Shown in pieces: positions 1-12,077 of a stretch of 64,000 bases of DNA (position 1 is its first letter; every line of letters begins with the position of its first letter). A program made the translations under genes and the position numbers. The DNA comes from Mobula hypostoma (lineage: Eukaryota). The stretch spans positions 104,782,001 through 104,846,000 of the forward strand of contig NC_086108.1 of NCBI RefSeq assembly GCF_963921235.1, in the 5' to 3' direction. The notes under the pieces are model-generated. The model saw only the letters and a program-made list of their open reading frames with translations, was not told the DNA's origin and did no database searches.

Positions 1-785
1 CATCTTCCCATACACTGAGTTAGATCTAATTGGCCTATAGTTTCCTTTCTTTTGCCTTTCTCTGTTGTCGAAGAGTGTCGTGACATTTGCAATTTTCCAG
101 TCTTCTGGAACATTTCCAGAATCTAGTGATTCTTGAAAGATCATTACTAATGCCTCCACGATCTCTTCAGCCGCTTCTTTCAGAACATCTGATCCAGGTG
201 ACTTATCTACCATCAGACCATTCTGTTTTCCAAGAACATTCACTCTAGTTACGGTAACTTCACACACTTCATGACTCCGACACCTGGAACTTCCACCATA
301 CTGCTGGTGCCTTCCACAGTGAAGACTGATGCAAAATACTTATTCAGTTCCTCCGCCCTTTTTGGTGTCCCCCATTACTACCTCTCTAGCATCGTTTTCC
401 AATGGTCTAATATCCAATCTTGCCTGTCTTTTACCCCTTATGTATCTGAGGAAACTTTTGGAATTCCTTTTAATATTAGTGGCTAGCTTACTTACTTTCG
501 CATTCCATCTTTACCCTCTTAATGACTTTTTATTTGCCTTCTGTTGGCTTTTAAAAGCTTCCCAATCCTCTAACTTGCCACTAATTTTTGCTCTGTTATG
601 TGCCTTCGCTTTGGTTTTTATGTTGGCTTTGACTTCTCTCATTAGCCATGGTTATGTCATATTGCCTTTAGAATTCTTCTTGCTCGTTGGGATGTCTACA
701 TCCTGTGCCTTCCGAATTGCTTCCAGAAATTCCAGCTATTACTGCTCTTCCGTCATTTCTGCCAGTGTTATTTCCAATCAATTGT
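1..785 (-). mobile_element. CR1 LINE ORF2 fragment (linker/RT start), decayed
   Basis: Reverse complement encodes IFQES..DWKIANV..KGNYRP; near-identical to the CR1 segments at 38070-38870 and 54830-55560. Confidence 0.85.
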
Positions 786-867
786 GTATACAATGCAGAA
801 TTCCAAACTTTGCAGATGATGAAAAAATTCAGCAGAGTTGAACAGAGTAGAGAATTCATGGGAATAG

Positions 868-1350
868 AATCATAGAGTCATAGAAAAGTACAGAATAGAA
901 ACAGGCCCTTCAGCTCATCTAGCCTGTGCTGAACCATTTCAATTGCCTGCTCTCATTGACCTGCACCGGGACCATAGCCCTCTATACCACCACCATCAAT
1001 GTAGCTATGCTAACTTCTTTTAAAAGTTGAAATTGAACTTGCATGCACCACTTACACTGGCAGCTCGTTCCACAGTCTAAGTGAAGAATTTGCCCCTCAT
1101 GTTCCCCTTTAGATTTTCACCTTTCACCCTTAACCCATGACCTCTGGTTGTATTCCACCCAACTTCAGTGGGAAAAAAGGCCTGCTTACATTTGCCCTAT
1201 CTATACCCTTCATAATTTTGTAAACCTCTAACAGTTCTCCTTTCAATCTCCTACATTTCAAGGAATAAAGTCCTAACCTATTCAGCCTTTTATTTTAACT
1301 CCATTCTTGGCAACATCCTTGTAAATTTTCTCTGTACTCTTTCATCCTTG
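868..1350 (-). mobile_element. CR1 LINE 3' end
   Basis: CR1 C-terminal RGH/LKV..RV..WN region plus 3' UTR and (ctatgact)-like tail on the minus strand. Confidence 0.75.
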
Positions 1351-1944
1351 AAGATGAATTGTTGATGGATGAGAGTTCAGTGAAAATCCCTCTCACTGCT
1401 TCCTCTCTGTGGATTCAGGACTGTGTACAGTATACATACTATGATAATCAATGTGCTTTGAAACTTTGCTTTTACTCTGGCTTCTCTTTTCCTTTCCAGT
1501 TCTGATGAAGGGAAATGTAGACTGTTTGTTTCTCTCTTTAGATGCTGAGTTCCTCCAGCATTTTGTTTATATTGCTCTAGATTTCCAACGCCAGCAGAAT
1601 CTTTCAGAATGATTTGCTACTTCTCTGCGAAGTCTCTTCGAGGTAGGCCTACCCTGAAGAAGTTTAAAACTTCTCTTCGGTGGTCTCTGCCACTCGTATC
1701 TGGTTTCTTCTCTCTTCCTTTCCAGTGCTGAAATTTGACTGTTTATTCCTCTCCATAGTTTCTGGCTGAGCTGCTGAGTTCCTCCAGCATTTTGTGTGTG
1801 CTCTTGTTGGATTGTTGTGCTGGTAATTGGTTTATTACTGTCATAAGTACTGAAGTACAGTGGAAAAGCTGTTATGCATGCCATCTACGCAGATTATTTC
1901 ATCACATCAGTAGACCGAGGATATACAAGGGAATATAGAACATA

Positions 1945-3476
1945 TATTCAGAAAGAGGTGGCTGAAGAGATTGTGGAGGAATTATTAATGATCTTTCAAG
2001 AATCATTAGATTCTGGAATGGTTCTAGAGGACTGTATAACTGCAAATGTCACTCACTTTTTTAAGATAGGAAGGAGGCAGAAGAAAGGAAATTATAGGTC
2101 AGTTAGCCTGATTTCACTGGTTGGGAAGATGTTGGAGTCCATTATTAAAGAAGAGGGCTTGGGCTATTTGGGCACATGATTAAATTGGCCAGAGTCATAA
2201 TGGATTGCTGCAGGGCAAATCTTGACAAACAAATCTCCTGGAATTCTTTGAAGAAAAAACAGACAGGATAGACAAAGGAGAGTCAGTGGAAATTGTTTTC
2301 TTGGAATTTCGGAAGACCTTTGACAAGGTGCTACACATTGAGGCTGATTAACAAGATAAGAGCCCGTGACATTACATTAAAGATGCTAGCATGGATAGAG
2401 CTTTGGCTTTCTGGTGGGAGGCAGCGTGGGAATAAAGGGGACCTATTCTGTTTGGCTGCCAGTTACTAGTAGTGTTCCACTACTAGGGGTCGGTATTGAG
2501 ACCGTTTCTTTTTATGTTGTATGTCAGCAATTTGGATGATGAAATTTATGGCTTTGTGACCAAGTTTTCAGACAATACAAAGATAGAAGGAGAGACAGGA
2601 AGTGCTGAGGAAGCAAGGAGTCTGCAGGAGGACTTGCAGATAGGGAGAATGGGCAAAGAAGTGACAGATTGAATATGGTGCAGGGAAGGGTATGTATACA
2701 CACATTGGTAGAACAAATAAATCTGTGATCTATTTTCTAAATGGGGAGAAAATTCAAAAATCCAAGGTGCAAAGAGACTTGTGAGTCCTTGTGCTGGATT
2801 CCCTAAAGGTTAACTTGCAGATTGAGTCAGTGGTAAGGAAGACAAATGGAAAGTTAGTATTAATTTCAAAAGGACTAGAATGCAAAAACAAGGATGTAAT
2901 GCTGAGGCTTTATAGGGCATTGGCCAGACCACACTTGGAATATTGTGTGCAGTTTTGGGCCCCTTATCTAAGAAAGGACATGTTGGGATTGGAGGGGGTT
3001 CAGAGGAGGCTCATGAGAATGATTGCATGAATGGAGGGGTTAACATATGAGGAGTGTTTGATAGTTTTGGGTCTGTACCCGCTGGAGTTTAGAAGAATGG
3101 GGGGAGACGGGATCTCATTATAACCTATCGAATATTGAAAGGCCTAGATAGAGTAAATGTGGAAAGGGTGTTTCCTATGGTGGAGAGTCTAGGATCAGAG
3201 GGACAGAGCAGAGACAACTCAGAATAGAGGGACATCCATTTAGAATGGAGATGATGAGGATGGTGAATCTGTGGAATTCATTGCTACAGACAGCTGTAGA
3301 GGCCACATCATTGCGTATATTTAAAGCTGAAGTTGATATTTTCTTGATTGGTTAGGGTGTCAATGGTTATGGGAGAATGGGATTGAGAGGGATAATAAAT
3401 CAGCATAATGGAATGGCAGAGCAGACTAAATGGGCCAAGTTGCCTCACTCTGCTCCTATGTTTTATGGTCTTATAT
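1945..3476 (+). mobile_element. CR1 LINE, 5'-truncated (RT domain to 3' tail), frameshifted
   Basis: ORFs 1874..2179 (EVAEEIV..IFQESLDSG..KGNYRSVSL) and 2791..3030 (LYRALARPHLEYCVQFWAPY); ends in the CR1 3' UTR with a tatggtcttat tail. Confidence 0.9.
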
Positions 3477-4061
3477 AATGTTACAGAGAAAGTGCAGTAT
3501 TGACAGACAATAAGAATTAGGGCCAAAATGAGGTAGGTTGTGAGATCGAGAGTCCATCTTATTTTACAAGAGCTCCATTGAATAGTTTTATAACAATTGA
3601 ATGGAGCCTGGTGGTATGTGCTCTCAAGCTTTTGTATCTTCTGCCCAATAGGAGGCGGAGAAAAGAGAGCATGGAGGAGCATGGGACAGCTGAAGTGAAA
3701 TGAGGTAAAGTGATCAGTGATACATTTTGGCAGGACCAGAAACATAAAGGGCAATACAAATTCAATTATACAGCTTTAAAGAAAGTGCAAAAGCACATCA
3801 ATACATCTAAATCTTTGAAGTTGACAGGACAGGTTGAAAAGATTTCTGAAAAATTATTTGTGCCTCATGGGTTTATCAATAAAAAAAAGTTGATGAAAGG
3901 AAGAAACTTCTGTTAAAGTTTTTAAAAAAAGTGTTGGTTGGGATTTGGCTGGGATATAACATTAAACTTTGTATTTTGGGGAAGGTGTATGAAATTATGA
4001 AAGGCTTAGTTGAGTCGAAGGCAGCATTGCAGTTAGCAAATTGTTTTATTTATTTATTTTT

Positions 4062-4340
4062 TTCTTTGTTGTATACAGGGTGGAATTGGCCCGTTCAGCC
4101 TTTCCTGCCATGCTGCCCAGAAATCCCAATTTAACTCTAGCCTAATCACAGAACAATTTATGATGATCGGTAAACCTACCAACTGGTACGTCTTTGGCTT
4201 GGGAGGAAACCGGATCACCCGGAGGAAACCCATGCAGTCATGGGGAATCACACAATCTCCTAACAGGCGGCAGTGGGAACTGAACCCAGGTTCCTGGTAC
4301 TGTAAAGTGTTGTGCTAACCATTACACTACTGTGCCACCC
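4062..4340 (-). mobile_element. V-SINE (HE1-like)
   Basis: Reverse complement holds the V-domain (gggtttcctccgggtgatccggtttcctccc) with a tRNA-like head and CR1-like tail. Similar copies lie at about 7770-7995, 19380-19620, 23330-23620, 27995-28160, 31915-32125, 33480-33770, 47765-48020, 52560-52820, 57060-57320 and 59645-59985. Confidence 0.75.
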
Positions 4341-5019
4341 CTGTAAGATTGGAGTTCTGCTCTGTCCCTCTGGTCTGAGACTCCCTCACTATAGGAAACA
4401 CCCTTTCCTCATCCACTCCGTCAAGGCCTTTCAACAGTCAAAGGGTCTTGGCCTGAAACATCGACCGTACCTCTTCCTAGAGATGCTGCCTGGCCTGCTG
4501 CGTTCACCAGCAACTTTGATGTGTGTTGCTTGAATTTCCAGCATCTGTAGAATTCCTGGTATTTGCTTTTCAATATTTATTTGGTAGGTTTAATGAGGTC
4601 CCCCTGCCACCCCTGTTCTTCTAAACTCCAGCGAGTACAGACCCAGAGCCATCAAGCAAATGTTAACCCTTTCATTCATGGAATCATTCTCATGAGCCTC
4701 CTCTTGCCCCTCTCCAATGCCAGCATGTCTTTTCTTCGATAAGGGGCCCAAAACTGCTCACTGTATTCCAAGTGTGGTCTGGCCAATGCCTGGAAGAAGG
4801 CAGTACATTCCCTACCGGTGCTCCCGTTCCCTCCCACATTCCAAAGATGTACAGGTTAGGGTTAGTGAGTTGTGGCCATGCCACGTTGGTGGCAGAAGTG
4901 TGGCAAAACTTGAGGGCTGCCCCCAGCACAAGACTCACAAATTTCATTTGAAGCAAATAATGCATATTTCGCCGTTCAGATGAACATGTCACAAATAAGG
5001 TTAACTTGTTGTGTCAAGA

Positions 5020-5470
5020 TGAGGTAACCGTCAGAGCAGAGGAGAAACACCTTATATTCTGCCTCCAACCTGATGGTATGCATATCGATTTCTCCTTCCG
5101 GTAAAGATATTATTCCCTGCCCCTCCCCTCTTCTTCAATTTTCTTCTCCGGCCTCCTCCCTCGTCTCACCTTCCCTTGGGTCTGCTTCTTCCTCACTTTC
5201 TCCCTATGGTCCACTCTCTCCTGCTGTCAGATTCCTTCCTCTTCAGCACTTTACCTTTCCTACCCACCTGGCTTCACCTATCACTCCCCAGCTATCCTTC
5301 TCCCCCTCCCTCAGCTTTTCATTGTGGCATTCTCCCTTTCCTTTCCCATCCTGAAGAAGGGCCTCAGCTCAAAATGTCAACTGCTTGTTCATTTCCGTAG
5401 TCGCTACCTGACCTGCTGTGTTCCTCCAGCATTTTGTAAGTTGCTTTACATTTCCAGCATCTGCAGAACT
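5020..5470 (+). mobile_element. Penelope-like element 3' end (GIY-YIG C-terminus, pyrimidine tract, degenerate hammerhead)
   Basis: E.HLIF..LQPDGM.IDFS motif, then a C/T-rich tract, then CTGAAGA..AAAATGTCAACTG and the shared end ttcctccagcattttg...ccagcatctgcaga. Confidence 0.75.
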
Positions 5471-5584
5471 TCTCGGGGAAATGTGGGGAAATGTAACTTA
5501 GATTAGGTGGGATACTCGGCATGGAACCATTTGAGCCAAGGACCTGTTTCTATGCTGTATAATGTTTTGTATTTAATGATTCAA

Positions 5585-5825
5585 GTGTGGGCACATGGCC
5601 AAGTGGTTAAGGCATTGGACTAGTGACCAGAAGGTCATGAGTTCAAGCCCCAGCTGAGGGAACGTGTTGTGTCCTTGAGCAAGGCACTTAATCACACATT
5701 GCTCTGCGATGACACTGGTGCCAAGCTGTATGGGTCCTAATGCCCTTCCCTTGGACAACATTGGTGTTATGGAGAGGGGAGACTTCGCAGGCGCAGATCC
5801 ATGGTCTCACAAGAGCCTTTATTTA
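5585..5825 (+). mobile_element. tRNA-headed SINE with CORE-like central domain (internally deleted copy)
   Basis: A box TGGCCAAGTGG, B box GAGTTCAAGCC, central GTGTCCTTGAGCAAGGCACTTAA. TSD ttaatg(a/t)ttcaa at 5573-5584 and 5826-5837. Confidence 0.85.
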
Positions 5826-5907
5826 TTAATGTTTCAATAATATTTGAGTTATCTTTTTATATATACATATATATTATTTGATTAACCATTCTTGTTTGTT
5901 TAAATAA

Positions 5908-7005
5908 CACTGGACGATAAAAACTTTTTTTTGAAAGTCTTGCTTCCTCAGTAATTTTTTGTATTTATGATAGAATGCTTGAAGCTGAACATGAATATAA
6001 TTTCAGACTACTTTCATCACAGAGAAATTTGTAGAAGCAGGAACTTAACTTTTATTGAATATAATATGTTTAATTGCATAATGGTGCTGACACTTTGTAG
6101 TAGTTCAACTAAATTTAAAATGTTTTGTTGATGATGTTCATTTGTAACCAGTGTCTGAGGCTTCTTGCTTAATTGTCCAACAATTGTCAGCCAGCATTGA
6201 TGGATTCCAATTGTTCTGATGCTGTTTCTCCATGAGCACAATGTCCTGGTGAAAACTTTCACCATCTTTGTCACTGACAGCAGCAAAATTTGCTGTCTAA
6301 ATGTGAATGCAGTAAATTAATCTTTAGTGACATGTTGCACTTCATGGTTTTGTATGCTTAATGCATATTGTCAACCAGCTGCAAATAGTTTGGTGCTCAA
6401 CAACATTCTTGAATGCCTTCCATGTCCTTTTCTCTGGTCCCACTGGAAGTTCTTTGAATTGCTTGCCATTGATGACCTGTCTGATTTGTGGACCAAAAAA
6501 AAAGCCTTCTCTAATCTTGGTATCATCTATTCTGGTGACAGCAAATTCCAACCTTGCAGTCTTGAATCCAATAATTCTGTGTTTGCCTTTGACAAACCCA
6601 ATTCTCTGGCCAGGTCATTTAACTCAGACTGAATTATTAGACAAGGCTCACTCGACATAAGGGGTTCAAAATCTGCATCAGTATCAGTGTCATTTTCCAT
6701 TCCTAGCTCATGCATCATGGCATCTTCATTTGCCTCGTCTAGACTCCACGTCCTGTTTTTCTAAAACCTGTTCTGCCATGCAGCATCTGCCCTTTCTAAA
6801 CATGCCTGGGCAAGATAGAAAACTTTTCAGCTTATGTTGTGGGCAACATTTTAATTGACTTGAATTATGAATTGAAATAACTGATAAAAGCGATTTTAAA
6901 AAATGCATGATAGGGAAATTTCAAGTTGACTTCCATGATCAGCAGCCCAAAATCCATAAGATACACACAAAAGTGTCCGGGAAGCAAAATCTTTGTTGTC
7001 CACTG
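5908..7005 (-). mobile_element. Chapaev3-type (CMC) DNA transposon, internally deleted
   Basis: Termini CACTGGACGATAAA / TTTGTTGTCCACTG flanked by TAA on both sides (5905-5907, 7006-7008). Transposase remnants: QSELNDLARELGLSK..ELL.SRLQGWNLL, KIREGFFFGPQIR, CNMSLKI..LHSHLD, AVSDKDGESFHQDI..MEK...W...MLADNCW. Confidence 0.8.
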
Positions 7006-7269
7006 TAATTCATTATGGGTTCTATGGTAAAAAAAAAACGCGAATTGCATACGTCATCACACTATCACTTGATCCATATGCATGCCTCGCTTAAAGTAAA
7101 CATGAAGCTAGACTCACATTTCGGACTCCTGTGTCCGCCTTGCAATTAGTTAATGCTTTGAAGTTACAAAACATAACAGAACAGGATCTTGGAGAGGTTA
7201 ACAGGAGTGAGAGGCTTCGAAGATGTTGGAGAGAAGGGGCTGGTGGCCTCTAAACTTACCAGAGGTTGG

Positions 7270-7740
7270 AATCAGAATGAGGTTTATTAGCACTGACATA
7301 TGTCAAGAAATTTGTTGTTTTGTCACATCAGTATAGTGTAATATGTAAAGAATAACTATAAGTTACAATAAAAATACTATATATAAAAAGAAATTGGTAG
7401 TGCAAAATAGTGAGGTGCTGCTCATGTGCTCATGAACCCTTCAGAAACCTAATGGCAGAGGGGAAGAAGCCATTCCTAAAAATGATGAGTGTGTGTCTTC
7501 AGGCTCCTGGTGCTCTTCCCTGATGGTAGTAATGAGAAGAGGCATGTGCTGGATTGTGGGGCCCTTCATGATGGATGTCACCTCCTTGAAGGTGTTTGGG
7601 AGGTACATAGTGCCCCTGATGCTTACAACCCTCTGCAGCTTTTTCCAGTCCTGCACATTGGCATCCCCAAGCCAGCTGGTGATGAAAAACCAGTCAGAAT
7701 GCTCTCCACGGTACATCTGTACAGATTTGTTGAGTCATGA
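7270..7740 (-). mobile_element. Rex1/Babar-type LINE 3' remnant
   Basis: KKLQRVV...HxLF..L.SGR-like C-terminus and 3' UTR ending in a (gattct)-type tail. Similar remnants lie at about 11045-11542(+), 12115-12710(-), 18620-19230(+), 29690-30180(-), 34530-35160(+), 36063-36755(-), 41125-41525(-) and 51660-52230(+). Confidence 0.7.
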
Positions 7741-9279
7741 TTGTCAAAATATGATTTTTTTTTTGTTTTGTGGTACAGCATGGCCCAGTGAGCCTGTCCC
7801 TCCTGATTACACCTGTATGACGAATTAACCTACTAATCCACATATCTTTAGACTGTGGGAGGAAACTGCAGCACCCAGAGAAAACCCTTGTGGTCACGGG
7901 GAGAACCTGTAAACTCCTTACAGACAGCAGCGGGAATTGAACTTGTGTTGCTGTTGCTATATTAATGTTATGCTGGCTGCTACACTACTGTCCACCCCCA
8001 AGAGATGTCACAAGTTTATCATATATAATTTGCAAGCTTAACATATGAAAGGTTCTGTGGTTGAACTCACTGGAATTTAAAAGGATAATGTGGGATCTCA
8101 TTGACACCTATCAAATGTTAAAAGGCCTCGATAGAGTGGATGTGGAGAGGATGTTTCCTATGGTGGGGGTGCCTAAGACCAGAGGACACAGCCTCAGTCC
8201 ATTCAAAATGTCCCTTTGAAATGAACAGATTCGTGATTAATCAGGGAACGAAAGGTTACAGGGAGAAGGCAGACAATTATGGGTGGGGGGGGAATGGATC
8301 AGCCATGATGAAAGTGCGGAGCAAACTCGATGGGCCAAATGGCCTAACTCTGCTCCTACATCTTATGGGGAGAAGGAATAGGCAAAGTGCATATCGGGGC
8401 TTTAGCCAATTAAGAAAACAAATTGACAGGCTGCAAAATACTGCTAATATTTGTAGTTAAAAGAGTAGGGAAATTCTGTGCAGCAAGAAAGCTCCAATCT
8501 TCTGTAGCATTTTATTCTTGGTAATACATTGCTGGGCCCTTGTCCAAACTCTGTAATGAGGCAGCAAGAATGCAACATCTTCTGGGCTGAGACATTTTTA
8601 TTAAATCTCTTTCTTCATTTCCTCTAATGGGATTTTCAGCTTGACAGATACGAGGAGTGACAAGACAAATGCGCCACTGAAAAACTGGGGGAGTGCTTCT
8701 TAAAAGCACAATTCCTGCTACTTAACCAGGAATGGATCTAACTCCTGCTTAAACAAACAAGGAGAGCTGTAATTTTCCCTTGCATTAGGCTTCTTATCAC
8801 AAGATGGTCTGATTAATAGCTGCCTTAAAACAGTTCTGCACTATAGCAATGAAACAGGCCATTTGGCCCATTTAGTCAATGCTGAATGGCTGCTTCTGTG
8901 CTGTAGTGCTCTAAGTCTTTATGTCTCTATGTCAAATTTCAAGGTTATTTTGCTAGCAAATAAAGATAACAATTTGGAGGGATGTCTTCTCTTTTTCTGA
9001 GCACTGACTCAGTACACATCTAGCTATTACAGTAATCAGAAGAAAGTGATGTTGGAATGTAAGTCTAGCTTTGATCTTGTGGAGACAGAACATGATGGAA
9101 ACACTCAGCATCCCAGTCAGCATCTGTGGAGATAGTGCTGGAATACAAGATTAATGCTGACCTTACTGAGACAGCAAATGCTGGAAACAATTAGCAGATC
9201 ATTTGGCATCTGAGGACGTGATGCATGAGTACCTATTATATACTGTATACAGTGCTTATAAAAAGTATTCACTTACCCC

Positions 9280-9972
9280 TGTCATGGTCCCGTCTGGCTA
9301 ATACCTCAGTAATTGGGCCTCAATCCCCTCGTCTAATTTCCAATCATTCCCAGTTCCACTAATTACACACACCTGCCTTCCATCAGTAAATGCAGGATAA
9401 AAATCCTGTAATCAGAACCAGGAGCTGCTAGTTCGTTGGTTGACTCTTGATTGAGTAATCTTGTTTCATGGTGCTTTCGGACTGTCAGTTCTAAGTTCTG
9501 CATCATTTTCCTGGACTCTCTCCCTCCAGAATGAGGGGTCACAGTTTGAGGATAAAGGGGAAGCCTTTTAGGACTGAGATTAGGAAAAACTTTTTCACAC
9601 ACAGAGTGGTGAATCTGTGGAATTCTCTGCCACAGGAAACAGTTGAGGCTAGTTCATTGGCTATATTTAAGAGGGAGTTAGATATGGCCCTTGTGGCTAT
9701 GGGGATCAGGGGGTATGGAGGGAAGGCTGGTGCAGGGTTCTGAGTTGGATGATCAGCCATTATCATAATAAATGGTGGTGCAGGCTTGAAGGGCCAAATG
9801 GCCTACTCCTGCACCTATTTTCTATGTTTCTACGTTTCTATGAATCTTGTCTCTGTGTAAAGACTCCCCTGAATACCTATTTCACGCTCGCGACTGTGCT
9901 AATGTTTCTCGATCCTGTCTCCATGCCTGTGTCCAGCACTTGGGTTTGCCCCACAGCAACGTCCTTGCAACA
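9280..9972 (+). mobile_element. putative solo LTR (Gypsy-like) inside the Tc1 TIR, itself holding a CR1 3' piece
   Basis: Begins TGTCA and ends CAACA; it splits the Tc1 TIR (tattcac..|..cttggaagtt). Flanks acccc/actct may be a decayed 5-bp TSD. Confidence 0.55.
9527..9843 (+). mobile_element. CR1 3' terminal fragment (young subfamily)
   Basis: ORF 9531..9743 RGHSLRIKGKPFRTEIRKNFFTHRVVNLWNSLP; tail ttctatgtttctacgtttctatg. Confidence 0.9.
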
Positions 9973-11548
9973 ACTCTTCTCTTGGAAGTTTCCATGCTTT
10001 GTTGTTTTATAACATGCATCAGAGTGGATTTAATTTGGCTTTTTTGACACTGATCAACAGAAAAAGGCTCTTTCGTGTCAAGGTGAGAGCAGATCTCTAC
10101 AATGTGATCTAAATTAATTATAAATCTAAAACAAAATAATTGATTGCATAATTACTCACCCCCTTCAACTCAGTATTTAGTAGTTGCACCTTTGGCAGCA
10201 ATTACAGCCTTGAGTCTGTGTGGATAGGTCTCTATCAGTTTTGCACATCTGGGCACTGCAAATTTTCCCCTTCTTTACAAAACTGCTCAAGCTCCATTGG
10301 ATTGCATGAGGATTGTGAGTGACCAGCTTTTTTTCGAGTCTAGCTACAAATTCTCAATTGGACTGAGGTCTGGACTTGGCGTGGCCTCTCCAGGACATTA
10401 AATTTGTTGTTTTTAAGTCATTCCCGTGTAGCTTTAGCTTTATGCTAGGGGTACTTGTCTTGCTGGAAAACAATCTTTTCCCAAGTCACAGTTCTCTTGC
10501 AGACTGCATCAGCTTTTCCTCCAGGATTTCCCTGTATTTTGCTGCATTTATTTTACCCTCTACCTTCACAAGCCTTCCAGGGCCTGCTGCAGTGAAACAT
10601 CCCCGCAGCTTGATGCAGCCATCACCGTGCTTCATGGTAGGGATGGTGTGTTTTTTGATGATATGCGGTGTTTGGCTTATGCCAAACATAGTGTTTAGTC
10701 TGATGGCCAAAGAGCTCAATTTTGGTTTCATCAGACCATAGAATCCTCCTCTAGCTGACGTCAGAAACTCCCACAAGCCTGGCCAACTCTAGCCAAGATT
10801 TCATGTGAGGTTTTTCAACAGTGGCTTTCTCTTTGCCACCCTCCCATAAAGCTGTGACTGGTGAAGCACCCGGACAAAGGTTGTATGCGTGGTCTCTCCA
10901 ATCTCAGCCAGTGAAGCTTGTTTTAGCTTTGTATTGGCTCAGTGGTAAGTGTTCATCAGTAACTGGTAAGACTTAAACTAACTTTAAGCTACTGGGTGTT
11001 ACTATTTCGGAGGACCTGTCCTGCACTCAGTAAGTGTAATTGTAATGAAAGCATAGCAGTGCCACTACTTCCTAAGAAGTCTGCAGAGATCCAGCATGAT
11101 TCCTAAACCTTCGACAAACTTCTATAGATGTGTGGTGGAGGGTGTTTTGACTGGCTGCATCTTGGCCTGGTATGGAAGCACCAATGCCTTTGAATAGAGA
11201 ATCCTACAAAAGATAGTGGAGTCAGATCAATTCATCACAGGTAAAGCTCTTCCCAACCATTGAGCACATCTACATAAAGCGCTATCATAGGAAAGCGGCG
11301 TCCATCGTCAGAGATCCTCACCACCCAGGGCAAACTCTTTTCTCGTTGCTGCAATCAGGGAGAAGGTACAAGAGCCTCAGGACCTGCACCACCAGGTTCA
11401 AGGACAGTTACAACAATTACTTATTGATCCTATTACAGTTACTATTCTATAGATTTGCTGAGAATGCCTGCAGGAAACTGAATCTCAGTGTTGTATATGG
11501 TGACATATATGTACTTTGATAATAAAGTTTACTTTGAACTTTAATATG

Positions 11549-11614
11549 CAGCCCTGTGGAAAAGTCTTTGGAACCCTAGCTGTATATATGTGCCTAAGAC
11601 TTTGCAAAGTACTG
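11549..11614. mobile_element. short Tc1-type MITE/hairpin
   Basis: Imperfect inverted repeats cagccctgtggaaaagtctttggaac / gtgcctaagactttgcaaagtactg followed by TA. Confidence 0.5.
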
Positions 11615-11621
11615 TAGATAT

Positions 11622-12001
11622 TCACTCATTCATTCATTTATTATGTGCCGTGTTGTATGATGTAGGGGATTATAGTCTTGACCATGACTGGTCTTGCCAA
11701 GTTTTTCTACAGAAGTGGTTTGCCATTGTCTTCTTCTGGGCAGTGTCTTTACAAGATGGGTAACCCCAGCCATTATCAATACTCCTTAGAAACTGTCTGC
11801 CTGGCGTCAATGGTCACATAACTTGTGATGTGCACCAGCTGCTCATTCGACCATCCACCACCTGCTCCCATGGCTTCACATGACCCTGATCAAGGAGGCT
11901 AAGCAGGTGCTACACCTTGCCCAAGGGTGACCTGCATGCGAGCAGACGACAGGAGTGCCTTACACCTCCTTTAGTAGAGATGTACCTCCACCCTGGCACC
12001 A
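11622..12001 (-). mobile_element. non-autonomous RTE (BovB-like)-derived retroposon
   Basis: RTE-like 3' motif agaagacaatggcaaaccacttctg, (gaat)n tail, and a 12-bp TSD tactgtagatat (11610-11621, 12002-12013). Sister copies at 32150-32470 and 63740-64000. Confidence 0.75.
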
Positions 12002-12041
12002 TACTGTAGATATAATATAACTATATAAATATATCTTATTG

Positions 12042-12045
<4 letters not shown>

Positions 12046-12073
<28 letters not shown>
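12046..12073. repeat. (TA)n microsatellite
   Basis: Direct reading. Confidence 0.9.

Positions 12074-12077
<4 letters not shown>

Larger units (their letters stand above)
9250..10920 (-). mobile_element. Tc1-family DNA transposon remnant, interrupted by a solo LTR
   Basis: TA|CAGTGCTTATAAAAAGTATTCAC terminus at 9250; internal repeat attactcaccccct at about 10151. ORF 10486..10776 reads PTMKHGDG...GCF...GPGRLVKVEGKINAAKYREILEEKL, a Tc1 DDE region. Confidence 0.85.
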
